A DNA stretch of 62,530 nucleotides, counting the filler, from Sphacelaria rigidula (lineage: Eukaryota): NCBI GenBank assembly GCA_964200075.2. It is 8 parts of 8 records of this genome, joined end to end, with 100 filler letters (N's around TTAATTAATTAA, not from the genome) between each part and the next. Parts side by side here need not be neighbours in the genome. Positions count along the whole stretch, not along the records: positions 1 to 7,730 come from CAXNAA020013647.1; positions 7,831 to 15,559 come from CAXNAA020013648.1; 6 more parts are not named here. The stretch is one strand, 5' to 3'. A model generated the notes under the pieces. That model made no database searches, was not told the DNA's origin, and was given only the letters and a program-made list of their open reading frames with translations. Shown piece after piece: positions 1 through 11,352 of this stretch (position 1 is the first letter of the stretch; each line of letters begins with the position of its first letter). The position numbers were made by a program, and so were the translations under genes.

Positions 1-1094
1 CCATTTCGATTTACGTGAAGATTTTGCCTCCCAAAACCATGCACTTTTGGGGGAGGGGCTGTCGTAGAAAGCGTCTAGTTTGAAATAATTGATTTCCGAG
101 AAAGTTCTGTAAGGAGTCAATCGACCAAGTAGTAAAGACATCTCCATATTAATGCCCGTAACGACTAACGTGCAGTGATTTCCGTGTCCAGAGAGAGATA
201 GGAGAGCGTCACGTGACCTTTGCACCCCGGGGCAGGGGGCGGCGGGCGACACTTGAACCGTAGCGTGTAGCACGGTGATATTGTCGGCGTATGTGTTTTG
301 GTGCCGTCGGTGCACGGTTGTTTTTAATTTTAATCCCCACCCGGTTTAATTCGGCTTAGGATAGGAGGGCGTATGGACGTCAAGGCTTTTGATTATCGGG
401 GCGGGAGGGTAGTGGGAGGGATGGGGCGGAAGGGCGCCTTAATGGGGCTGTTAGGATGCCAAGGGAAGCTTGTGCTGTGGTGATCATTTTTGTCACCATT
501 CTCGTAGGTTATTATTTAGGGCGGTGATTTTGTGGTTGTCATAATGTTTTGCCGTGGTTTAGCTCAGTCAGGCCTGATGTTTCGTCGGCTGCGATTTTCT
601 GTCGGGTGTTTTTCTGCTTGTTATTTTACTATAGGGGTAGAGACTACATTACATGGAATAACTTTTTTTGTTTTTTTGTTTCTCTTTCTGTGTTTCTTTC
701 TGCCTTGCAGCGTTCTTTTGTGAATCTTGCCAACAAGCCGTCTGTGTCGCATCAGATTTAAGATCTCAATGATGAATGGTCATGTACACACAACGTAACA
801 TTCATACCCCGCAGTGTATGAGACGTGAAGGCACAAGGACAACCGGCCAGGACAGTCGAGTATACGGGAAGTCGTCTTCATACGATCACAGTTGAAACAT
901 GGTGCAAGTGCAGGGCCATCAGATTGAGATATTGAAGGGCTGCGCGCCCCTATCGTGCGCAGCACCCGTTTTTGCTGAAATTGGCGCCCATTTCAGCCCT
1001 GCCAACGCAGCATTTTACTATTGTAATAATTATTTCCGCACATTAGCCCGATCTCTCGAACCCGTGGTCACAGTCGTACACTCGTCTTTCCAAT

Positions 1095-1349
1095 GAGGGA
1101 TGCTACGGTTGAGGTGCACAAATATTTTCCGAGGTTTAAATTGTTGGGAGCCCTTCATCTCATGCCAAGGACGACTTGTGAAATATGTGAGAGCACGCTA
1201 GGATTTCTAGTACAGCGTGCTAGGGATGTCCCAAATGAATTTCCTAGCGGGGGTACCCTGACCCACGTTCTTGTGCATATAGAATTGTAGTAGCCCCTGA
1301 ACAAGACATCACTTCGCGCAAAAAGTGCACTCCTACCGTAGCATTGCTC
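1095..1349. mobile_element. MITE, GAG...CTC termini, 4-bp TSD (CAAT)
   Basis: Left end gagggatgctacggttgaggtgcac pairs with right end gtgcactcctaccgtagcattgctc; caat on both flanks (1091-1094, 1350-1353). Related copies at 30623-30890 and 46975-47032, plus a TIR start at 31208-31217. Confidence 0.85.
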
Positions 1350-1649
1350 CAATACGGTCCCTGCTATTCCTTGAAAGAGATGGAGCTCTTATCGTTTCTT
1401 ATGATACTCCAAAAGGAACAAGAACAAAATAAAACAGCACGTGGCCCATGCTTTTTCCTCACAGAGGGTTAGTCAGTACGCTCTGAGTTGGGGATACGGT
1501 TGGGGTTAGACATTAACCCAGAATGAGTCAGCGATGGTGATATGGCATCGAGCCCGCGCACACCAGCTTCGGCCGGGAACTTTTTTTTTGCACGCCTGAA
1601 CGACCGCTCGAAAAATCGTGTGAAGACTAGACGTGATGCTCCAGCTTCG

Positions 1650-4600
1650 GGACGCCACACGAATGTCTAGCTATTGTGCAAGTATTCCACGTTTTTTTCT
1701 GCTTTCATCACCAATACTGTGCTGGGACATGCTGCCTGGCGCAACCGTTCTGGATTGGCCATACACTCCCCCTCAAATGGTTGTCCTTTGTGTGTCACAC
1801 GTCAAGCGTTGGCTTCAATTTATGGTCTGGCTAGCAGCGTGCCTCTCTCCCTGCCGCCGACAGACGCTCAAGAACAAATTCCTCCTATTCCACCAACATG
1901 AGTATTCGGGAAGAGAACACGCCTCGATAGCGGAAGTTACAAGGTGAGGCACAGTGAGTTCTCTCCGCGCCGGCGCAGGCGTCGTCCTCGTGGTGTACAG
2001 TAGTAGCTCCGCGGGCACCGTCGTCTATTTTGGGGCAGCAAAGATGATCAGGAGTCGGCGAAGTCGTCGCCTAGCAGCACCGCGGCAGCGCAACACCAGG
2101 GAGCGCCAGGACCTCGCGTTTTCCCATATTTCCTTGTTCATCTCTACGCACGCGTCTCCAGCGTTTTGTGTTTTTACCATGGTAACACCACTTGGAACAC
2201 CCTTGGAGAAAATCCCAGCTGATCCCTCCGTTCGTTTGGTCAAGTATAGTATGTAGCGCTGCCAGAAACTAAATGAAGGTGAACTAAACACAGGTTGGAG
2301 CTCATGCCGGTACACGAACGAAGTACATGAAACATCCACCCATCTACCCACCCTGTCACCACGGAATAGTCAATCCTCCTCCATGGCATCAACAGACGTA
2401 CTGCCCTCTTCGTCGTCATCCTCCAACTTAACGTTCGACATTCGACTACTCTTGGTATGTCGATTGCTCGTTTGGCTACGAAAATTGCGAGACCGAGAGG
2501 AGCTAGGGGCGACCCCCTCCGCGACTCTCGTCACAGGAGTCACCTCCCCCCCTCCTCCACTATTGCTAGTACCCGTTGTTGAGGCAGCTCTTGGTGGTGG
2601 TGTCGTCGTACCCCCGAGGCCTATGGTACTATTAGCACCGTCGTTCTCATCATCAGCATCATCGTGATCGAAGCTGTCATCGTGGTCACCGTCGTCGTTG
2701 TCCTCGTCGCTTGACGAGAGGTAGAATTCGTTTAACGGGGAGAGGGGTGGATGATTTCCGTTGCCCTGTCCGGGGAAATCTTCCACTTCTGAACCCAATG
2801 TTGTGACGACGTATCGATCGGCCCACTCTCGAAGATTGTAATAGGGAGATAGGCAATCCTTGATTACGGCCTGAATATATCCAATGGACGTGCGAAGCGC
2901 ATGTGCACAAAAAAAGAGAAGATATGGGTAGAAGAGGCCACAGAGAAGAGAATAGATGTGAAAAAAAAGCACGATAACGGAGGGGAACACAAATAATAGC
3001 GGGAAAATTTGATTAGAACATTAGACGAACACGACATAATTTATTAGAGAGCGAGGCCCCCCTTGGAAAGGAGCTGAGTTAGAAGGAGCGAATGGACAAA
3101 GGCGTGGAGGGAGACGTGAAGGCTTACCGGCACAAATGAGTGTTGTGGAGCGACAAAAATGTAGTGTTTGAAGTGTACCGTTTGCAGAATGGTACGCTAG
3201 TGCAACGCCGTTCGTGATGCGTTCGCCCATCTTGCTTCTCGAGGATCACGGCCACGTATGCTCGGAAGATGCAATATGTCGACATGTTTGATTTCACGTC
3301 AAAACTTTCGGCCGTACGGCTGCCACAGTTAATCGAAATTATCGAGACAAGGGAAACCCGTCGCGAGGTGTGTTACACTCCACACTCTACATGTCCGTAT
3401 CCTGCACACTGATCCATGGCTTGGATGTCGCACGTGACCTAATGCGCTAGGAATCCAGTCTCGGTCACGAGCTAGACGTAGCCGGCGTAAACAACCGGAA
3501 GCCCTCGCTTAAGGAACTCGAGAGACGGAGGAAATTGATGAAAGGAAGGAGAGAACAACGGAAACTGAAGGCACGAGTGTCACGATAGTAGAGGGGCACA
3601 AGGCTCAGAACCAGTCCCGGTCTCGTGAAAACCCGTACAGGCCCCCACCAGGGCTTCAGAGAAAGAGGTCGCACAAAAAGCAATACCGTGGAGGCCGGCT
3701 GCAACTCAGCTATCTCGTATCACACTATCTGAGCAGAAAATCTCAGCCACGAACTCTGCAGCGGGGAAACACAGATACAGCTCAGAGGGAGAAAGAGAGA
3801 GAGAGAGAGACGGAGGGAGGGAAAAGAGGACATCAGGAAAAGAATTAATAACACCCTAGCTGTTCCTTCTTTAAATTTGTTCTGAGGAACAAATTTCTCG
3901 CTTTGGGTTGTGAACGCGACCGCGTGAAGGACGAAGGGGGTAGCAGTACTCCAACGATAGTAATGTTTACCAGGTCGGCGCACATTTGCCTCGGCAGCTT
4001 CTGGTGCTGCACAAATGGATGCATTTCGCTCTCCTCGCACGGAAGGTGCCAAGTATGCGAAATGCATGAAAGAGAAAGTGTTAGTAAATTTAGCCACCCA
4101 TGTAACCCGTGCTTCTGCTGACGACACACGCTGAACGCACTTTGTTGAGAACATACGAAGTATATGGTAATTGTAGAACGGTTGCGCGGGCCAACACACG
4201 CGCGAACACACGTGACGTGAATACCTCTCATGAGTTTCACTGCCCATAGACAACCATTTTTGAATATTTAAACGTTCTAATGTATGCCTACGGAGTACAG
4301 TGCACAATACACCTCACATGTACTCATCACAGCACAGTTCACACGTTTGTCTTCAATACATTTCACCTGGGTAATCTCGAACCCAAGCCGCCGCTGCAAC
4401 CGCGTTTCCAACCCGGCAATATTAAATCCGAAGGGAGGTAACTCTGTAGCTTCGTCCAGCACAGCGAGCTGCTGGTTCAGGGTTAGATCCGAAGCTTTCG
4501 TCACAACACGCGGTGGCGGCTGCTGCGCAGCAGCAACAGCTCTACCATCAGCCCCCATGCTGGCAGCTAAGATTTTCGCCTCTTTAGTACTATTATGCGG

Positions 4601-4744
4601 CGCAATTACCCGCTTGCTGTGACTGTCGACGGTGCTGCTGTGGCGCGGCGCCCCTGCTACGGCATCGCTGGTTTCGTCGCTAGTGGTCACGGTGATACCG
4701 GGAGAACCCTTGCGAGAGCGCTGGGCCGGTTTACGATCGGCCAT
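1650..4744 (-). pseudogene. Possible degenerate multi-exon gene of unknown function
   Basis: ATG-initiated MADRKPAQRSRKG...FEITQ ends at a CAG|GTGAAA donor. Later exon-like blocks (3860-4120, 3600-3730, 2370-2890 acidic/Ser-rich, 2025-2351) are separated by pyrimidine-rich intron-like tracts. In-frame stops; no recognised domain. Confidence 0.3.
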
Positions 4745-6234
4745 TTTAGTCGTGCTCGTGATGGTCGTCGGTTGCTGTCGAAGCCTTTGCAAAGACCGAG
4801 TGTAATTCTGCCGTGTGTGCGCCGCCGCTTGTTTTACTGGATGAAGCCGCGATGTTCTGGAGGCCCGAGAGAAATCGTACAGCCACGGAGGCGAGCAGTA
4901 AACTCAAGTGTTTACTAGTATGGCTTTGAAAATGGATGGAAAGGCCGTGGGAAGTGAACCATTGGGCGACTGCCTCGATCCCGGATGCGGGAGCTGTACT
5001 CCGTGTAGGAAATGGATAATAACAATAATTCAGTCGAACATGAGAACGAAACGGTACACCGGGAAGATCTTGTTACGATCTTACTCGCCCGCTTGCGTCG
5101 GACGTCTTTCCTCTGCGCGCCACACAAACAGTATGGAGCCAGACCATTTTGATATACCATATTCTCAGAGCAGTGCTGTGGGGGAGGCTTGGTAGTAGTT
5201 GCTCAAGTGTTGCGGTAGGCAACGCGGTAGTTGAAAGTGGTGGGTGTTCCGCCGTTCTCTTGAAAAACCGACTGCAGAGCAGGGCACTTGGAATGATCAA
5301 CCCCGCTATATCCAGACTTATGCTGCGACTCAACCATTATGAATCGCGTTTCACATATATACCCCGTAATTGACCTCCCGCTTTGGAATTGTACTACAGC
5401 AGCTACCTATTGTAGACCGCGAAAAAAGCTCGCACCAAACCCCACCAGTTGCAATAATCATCGATAGCTGCGCGCGCAGCACCCACGGCTGCGGTGAAAC
5501 GTGTTCGGTGATTATCATGATACCGGGGCATCGGCCGACTACAAGTCACCCCCCCCCCTCCCTCCCCGGTGTCGAACCGTTCAAAAATATTCCACTTATT
5601 TATTCCTCAGACCAAGATGGTCTTGTCATTGCATCTCAGCACCCTCGCGGTCAAATAGCTGATTATCCGACCGAGTTGACGCTGTCCGGGCCGCTAAATT
5701 CCGTTGTTGACGAGCGGTGCCCATGCGCGAACCTCGAGCAGAATGCTCGCATGTCAAGTCCCATTCGTAGCGACACAGTCTCCAGCAGATAAAATGAACT
5801 TCACTACGGACCCATTTGAAGGTGACGTTCATGTCCTTCATGGAGACTCTAAAATGTTCGATTCGAGTGGACGTATACACTTCGCTTGATCCTTCGAGAA
5901 CAAAGTTGACCCACCATCATGGGTAGTCCTTCGAAATATTGTCGACCCAACAATCGATACTTTGGTTTGCTACAGCATGCATTTCGCGCGCAATAACGGA
6001 TAGCGATGCCGCGATAGCCCAGCTCCGCGACGCTCCCAACAGCGGACCGGCCCCCCACCTCCGCGCGCCCCCCCCAGCACCCAGACCAANNNNNNNNNNC
6101 CGATTCTTTGGTTTGCTACAGCATGCATTTCGCGCGCAATAACGGGGAGCGATGCCGCGATAGCCCTCCCCCCCCCCCCCACAGTACGCCCCCCCCCCGC
6201 CCTCGCCCTCGCCCTCACCCCCGCCCAAACCGGT

Positions 6235-7385
6235 AAAGTTCAAGTGGGGAGAAGAGAAACTGTCGATCGTAGACCTATACACATACCTTGGTGTACATAT
6301 CTCAAGAAACTGTTCTTGGCATGCACACATAAAGTAATGAAAAAGGGTAAGGTACATGTTGGAAGGATGGACGTGGTCCTCAGAGACTCGCATCTAGACA
6401 CTAGGGGTAAGATATGTATCCTGATGAACGCGATCTTACCAAAGCTGGAATAGGCAAGAGAAGTATGGGAGGGTACTGTAAAGCTGGCAAAAAAGTTGGA
6501 AATAGTACAGATGGCAGCAGCTAAGAAGACACAAGGATGCTCGAGAACGGCGAGTAATACAGCATTGAGAGCAGAGTTGGAAATGTACTTCGAACGCACT
6601 TTAAACAGAGACATGAGGAAATTGGGGTGACAATATAGCGTAAAGAACATGCAGAGAAAGAGATTGCCAGCTATAGTTGGTGGGGCTGTATGGAAGAAAA
6701 GTACGAAAAGGAAGGCTGGAATAAGGCAGGATAGATAAGTCGAGAAAGTATGAAAATGATTAGGAGGAAACCAAGACAAAATTAAGAGGCATGATAGAAA
6801 CAAGAGGAAATGGAGCGCTCAGACGGAAAGTACACGAGGAAGAACACCTGAAGATACATGGGGGGTTCAGAGAGGGGATGGGGATGACAACATATCTGCA
6901 TGGCCCAATGGACGCGGCGAAAAAGTGAAACTATGATTCCGGGTGGGGGACCTCGACCTGTCGGGAAGAAGAAAGATATATACCAGTATTCGTGTGGAGG
7001 AGGAAGCATATGCACAGAATTGCCGCTATGGCAAAGCAATAGAGAGCAGAAGTCATATAGTAGCAGACTGTGTGAACTATACAAGCAGGAACGGGACGTG
7101 CTAGAGGGGGAAATGCGGGATGTAAACGAAGGTGGCATGAAATCGTTTGATGCATTAGACAGTACCGAGGAAACGATGGCTGTACTAGGAGATAGATGGT
7201 GCCCACAGACGGCGAAACAGGACTGGGATAAGATCTGTAGACGGCTTTGTGTAATATATGGCAAAAACGTAATGAGCGCCGGGATGTTGAAGGTGTCTTT
7301 ATTAGGAGTAGGCACGGTGCTCCGTCTCGAAAGGGATGCGTGGTGAATGGTCAAACGACGAAGACGAGCAACAAATGAGTACGCC
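6235..7385 (+). mobile_element. 5'-truncated degenerate LINE (post-RT region, Cys/His knuckle remnant, 3' end)
   Basis: Translation KGKVHVGRMDVVLRDSHLDTRGKICILMNAILPKLE*AREVWEG...SNTALRAEL resembles a non-LTR RT C-terminus; stops and frameshifts. The 3' end is shared with 7831-8020. Confidence 0.7.
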
Positions 7386-7730
7386 CCCCCCCCCCCCCCC
7401 CAAACCAGCCCCAAAACTGCCAAGAAAAACATGGCCATACAGGGCATGATTTCTGGTTTGATACTGAATGAAAAGCCTCATATGGACAATATTGATAAAA
7501 GCGATCTCAAGCGTGCAAGTCCCCGGCTACTCGGTGTGCTCGGCGTTGTTTGTCATTTTGATACACGTGTAGATTTCGCGTACTCAAACTAGACACTTTT
7601 CTGGGGAAGGTTATCGCGGCATCACTCTGGACATGAAACAAGATGAGATGTGATGTTACAGGGTGGATAATGACCCTGAATAGAAGGCTATAGGGTGATG
7701 CGATTGCGGGTCTGCCGAACCACTCTTCAG

Positions 7731-7830
7731 NNNNNNNNNNNNNNNNNNNNNNNNNNNNNNNNNNNNNNNNNNNNTTAATTAATTAANNNNNNNNNNNNNN
7801 NNNNNNNNNNNNNNNNNNNNNNNNNNNNNN
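7731..7830. other. Artificial contig spacer N44-TTAATTAATTAA-N44 (also 15560-15659, 23389-23488, 31218-31317, 39047-39146, 46875-46974, 54703-54802)
   Basis: Identical 100-nt spacers with stops in all six frames. Flanked segments are 7730, 7729 (x4) and 7728 (x3) nt, i.e. length-sorted contigs. Confidence 0.98.
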
Positions 7831-8020
7831 ATAAGATATGTAAGAGGTTCTTGTGTAATGTATGGAAGAAACGTAATGAGTTACGGAATGAAAGTAATGA
7901 GCACCAGAATGTAGGAGGTGTCTCTATTAGGAGTAGGAACGGTGCTCCGTCCCGGCTTGGTAGAGATGCGTGGTCAATGGTCAAATGACTAAGGCAAGCA
8001 ACAAATGAATGAGTACGCCC
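7831..8020 (+). mobile_element. LINE 3'-end fragment, same family as 6235-7385
   Basis: Aligns to about 7229-7385 (ataagat.tgta...ggtgctccgtc...gatgcgtggt.aatggtcaaa...aacaaatgag/tacgccccc). Confidence 0.75.
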
Positions 8021-8051
8021 CCTCCCCCGTCTATGTACAATAACACCTTAC

Positions 8052-8342
8052 CACAACACATGACACCATTGCGTAATATCCATCACGTACCCCCGAGATC
8101 TCTTGGACATAAGGGTCATTAGACCCAGTGATGTCCTTGACGCCCCCTGTTCTGGTCCCAGGGTTTTTTACTATTGGGCCGCTCTGGCCGTCGCCATCTT
8201 CGATATTTAAACTTCCCGGTACCCCGTTCAGTTTATCGTGATGATCGTGGCTCCCGGCATTGTCGTGTCCTTCGGCAGTAGTCATGCACAGCACCGAGAG
8301 AGATAGCAGGGCAGCTGCCGCAGCTCCTGAAGCAATCTTCAT
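8052..8342 (-). CDS. First coding exon of a secreted protein; rest of gene not in this contig
   Basis: MKIASGAAAAALLSLSVLCMTTAEG resembles a signal peptide; 97 open codons end at a strong GTAAGG donor (8051-8046). Confidence 0.6.
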
Positions 8343-9529
8343 GCGTGGTAATACACTTGGTAGTTTTATCTGTCGGCCGGCAACAAGTGTGGGGGATACG
8401 GGCGAAGGCCAATTCCGGGAATAATCATCATCAGAGTAAGAGTCAATCCCGGAAACAAATGCACACAACATGAACTTCTATGCGACGCTCGTGCAAACTA
8501 ATTACAAGACTGTTCTTTTCTCGCAGAAACAGGTGAGAGGAACACGGCACAAGCTTTTATCGCAAAAACAGGTGAGAGGAACACGGCACAAGCAAAAAGC
8601 GTGGCTGCATGACTTCCAGCCGCGGCACAGTAAGGGGTACAAAAAGCGGTCAATCAGAAAAACTGTGTGCCATCTCTTACATCTCTTCCGATCGTCAGAG
8701 TCTCCTGCACACAGCGCCCTCATAGATACACCACCGGACGTGTTGATCTTTCATTTGAACGCAGACATCCTACACGAGTACTCGTAGCCCCGATAGACTG
8801 GTGGCCACGCGCACACTACTAGTTGTCACAAGCCTTCATATTCTCCGCTTGGTCTGAATGCACTGCGTGTGGAGGTCTGCCTAACCTTCAACCGCTTGAC
8901 TAGACACGCTGAAATCCCGAGACCGCCCTACGACCTGGCGTGACCGCACTGTGCCGCGTGTGGCCGACGGACTATGAAAAGGGCCCCCTACCCATGGTCT
9001 CGGGGCACGGGTGTGCGTGAAAAGCGGGTGCATGCCTTGTATATGGGCAGATAAACATGGTAGCACAGAGGTGTTTGAGCCGCTGTCCCCCTCCCTGTTT
9101 TCAGAGTATACAAGCAGGTGCAATTGCGGGTGAGAGTCTATTCATAGGCCCAGTGAGTGTAAAAAAATGAGGATCAAGTCTCCCAGGCGCAGGTTGTTGA
9201 AACTGTGTCATGCTGAACTTCGATAAACATACAGGGAACGGTCTACTCTATCGCGTGCAGTGTCGTCAACTTGTACTGTAAAAGTGCCATTAGTTTCATG
9301 CTGATTCCGTCTGTGATGAGTTTGCACCAAACTTTCCAAGGATCTACACGTTACACTCGTCACGTGCCACGTCGTGTCACGCTTCATGTCAAAAGTTAAG
9401 CCAGGCTAGTACTACGGTGGGGGACGGGGACTACGTCGGGAGCCCTGTTCAAAAATCAAGTCAAATCAGGGGCAAGTGGTTAACAGAGATTCTAGTGCAG
9501 AAGGGTAACAGCCTCTAGGATGAGCTAGA

Positions 9530-11352
9530 GCTCTGGTTAGGCGATACGCAGCACTCGCAGCAAGGTCCGTGGTGTTCCGCGAAGCACTATACCCTCTCCA
9601 TGACGAGAGCCGCCACAGATGCTTCGGCAGCAGCGTGGGGAGGTGTGCTGCAAGTGGAAGGTCAGCTGGTCCAAGCGGGGGCGGATTTTTCCGCAGGGTG
9701 AATACAGCAACACACTAACGCTAAGGAGGCATTTGCGCTCGATACGGTATTGAGGGAATTCTGCCAGAGATCCCCGGGGTGACTTAGAGGAGCGCAGGTT
9801 TTGATGGACGTCGACAACGCGTCCGTAGTCGATGCCTTTGCACGAGGTCGATAAAAAAAAAAACACGCATGCGCTGATACTCGATTCATAAAATCTTCAA
9901 CGGAGAGAGGGTTTTTGGTTGTGATTGCAATGGGTACCGTCTGGAAAAAATAGCGAGGCAGATGCTATTACCAGGCAAGGTAAGATTGAGTTTGTACGGT
10001 TGCGCCAGGAGATTTCCGCGGATGTGTGGGTGTTCTTTGGGGCATTGACGCAGACCTCATGGCTACGAATGTCTCAGTGCACCGAGTGCCACGAGGGCAC
10101 CCAGGAGACGGCAGCGAGTTGCTGTTTTGCGCGCGATATGCATGTCCAGGAGCGGCGGCGATAGATGTGTTAGCGCAAGATGTTGCCTTAATACCAAATT
10201 CGAGCGGGCGGGGTTCTAATTTCTGTTTCCCGCAAGTATGTATGGTTGGTGTGTTGTCGCAACGGATGGAGGAGTGCCTGGCAAGAACAGTAGTCATCGT
10301 GTCAGCGATTAAAGGGGCGTGGTATCCTAGGTTAAGGAGTGCGCGCGTGAAGTAGAGGTTGGTGGCAAAGGCGGGGGAGCGCCATGCTTTTTTCTCAGAG
10401 CACCATGTTAACGGTGTAAGGCCGTTTGTATTTGGTGACAGTGGGACATGGGAGCAGTGGAACTTGATTTTACCCTGGCGTTGCCAGCCCACGCCGCATT
10501 TGTCAGCTCATGGTTCCCCGTTCTGTTGTACTAGATAGCGGCGAGCACAGATATCTGGGTGGCGACCTTTACGTCCTTAGGTGGGAGTGGCGGAGGAATA
10601 TCGGCAGGCAAATGCGCTCTCGGAGTGCCCCAGGGCGCTACCAGAATTGCGGTTCGTGTGCCTAGGGTGCTGTGCGGAGCAAGCCTGGGGCATAGAGATG
10701 GTAGTTACAAGTTTTGCCAGAGCTGTGGTGTGACCGCCAATTTAACGCGGCCAGCGCCGAGACCGCAAGGGGGGGCGCCTTTGCTCGTCAATGACAGTCT
10801 GCTCAATGACTGGCTGGCGGCGTTCGCCGCGGCCCGGGCGGTGACGGTATGGTATAGACGTAAGAGAGTCGTAGCCGATGATTTCGACAGTTTTATACGC
10901 CAACGTTCGGGCGGTGCCGTGGGATGGCAAAATGCAACGCTAGAGCAAGTCGTAGAATATCTGGCATACAAGGAATCACAGGGCGCGGGTACAAAAGTGG
11001 TGCAAGTGACACAGTGCCCGCAGATAGGTACGCAGATAGGTACGGACAAGGATCTAGGTCTCGGGTGCGCGAAGCGGTATGCACACACTTCACTCAACAA
11101 CAGTACATATCGAAGCTGCGCTGTGCGTACGCAGAGTTCCTCGCCAACAGCGAAGACTGGTCCGTCACCGAGCACCGAGGTAATCATGTCAAGAGTGTAC
11201 CGGTAACGGAATACTTAGCATTCTCTAGCGCAGAATAGCAGAAGGCAGGTGTTGCCACAAAACAAGCGCGACCGCTGCTGCGCCCAGACCTAGCCCCGAT
11301 TGTCACAGCCATCAGAATACAGTTAGCAGGAAGTGAGAGTCCCGCGGAGTTA
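9530..11352 (+). mobile_element. Degenerate DIRS-like retroelement: RNase H, methyltransferase-like domain and ALOG-type N-terminus of tyrosine recombinase
   Basis: RNase H motifs TDASAAAWGG, HTNAKE, DVDNASVV, WVPSGKNSEADAITR; MT-like DLMAT...DVLAQDV...NFCFP; then YKFCQSCG and VVEYLAYKESQGAGTKVV...CAKRYAHTSL/YISKLRCAY...GNHVKSVPVTEYL...QKAGV. Several stops and frameshifts. Confidence 0.8.

Noticed and set aside
5956-6166. ~65-bp direct repeat flanking a 10-N gap
   Set aside because: The duplication straddles a scaffold gap next to poly-C tracts; it cannot be distinguished from an overlap artefact.
7775-7786. Periodic TTAATTAATTAA motif as a regulatory or recombination site
   Set aside because: Embedded in N runs; it is a six-frame stop linker added during concatenation.
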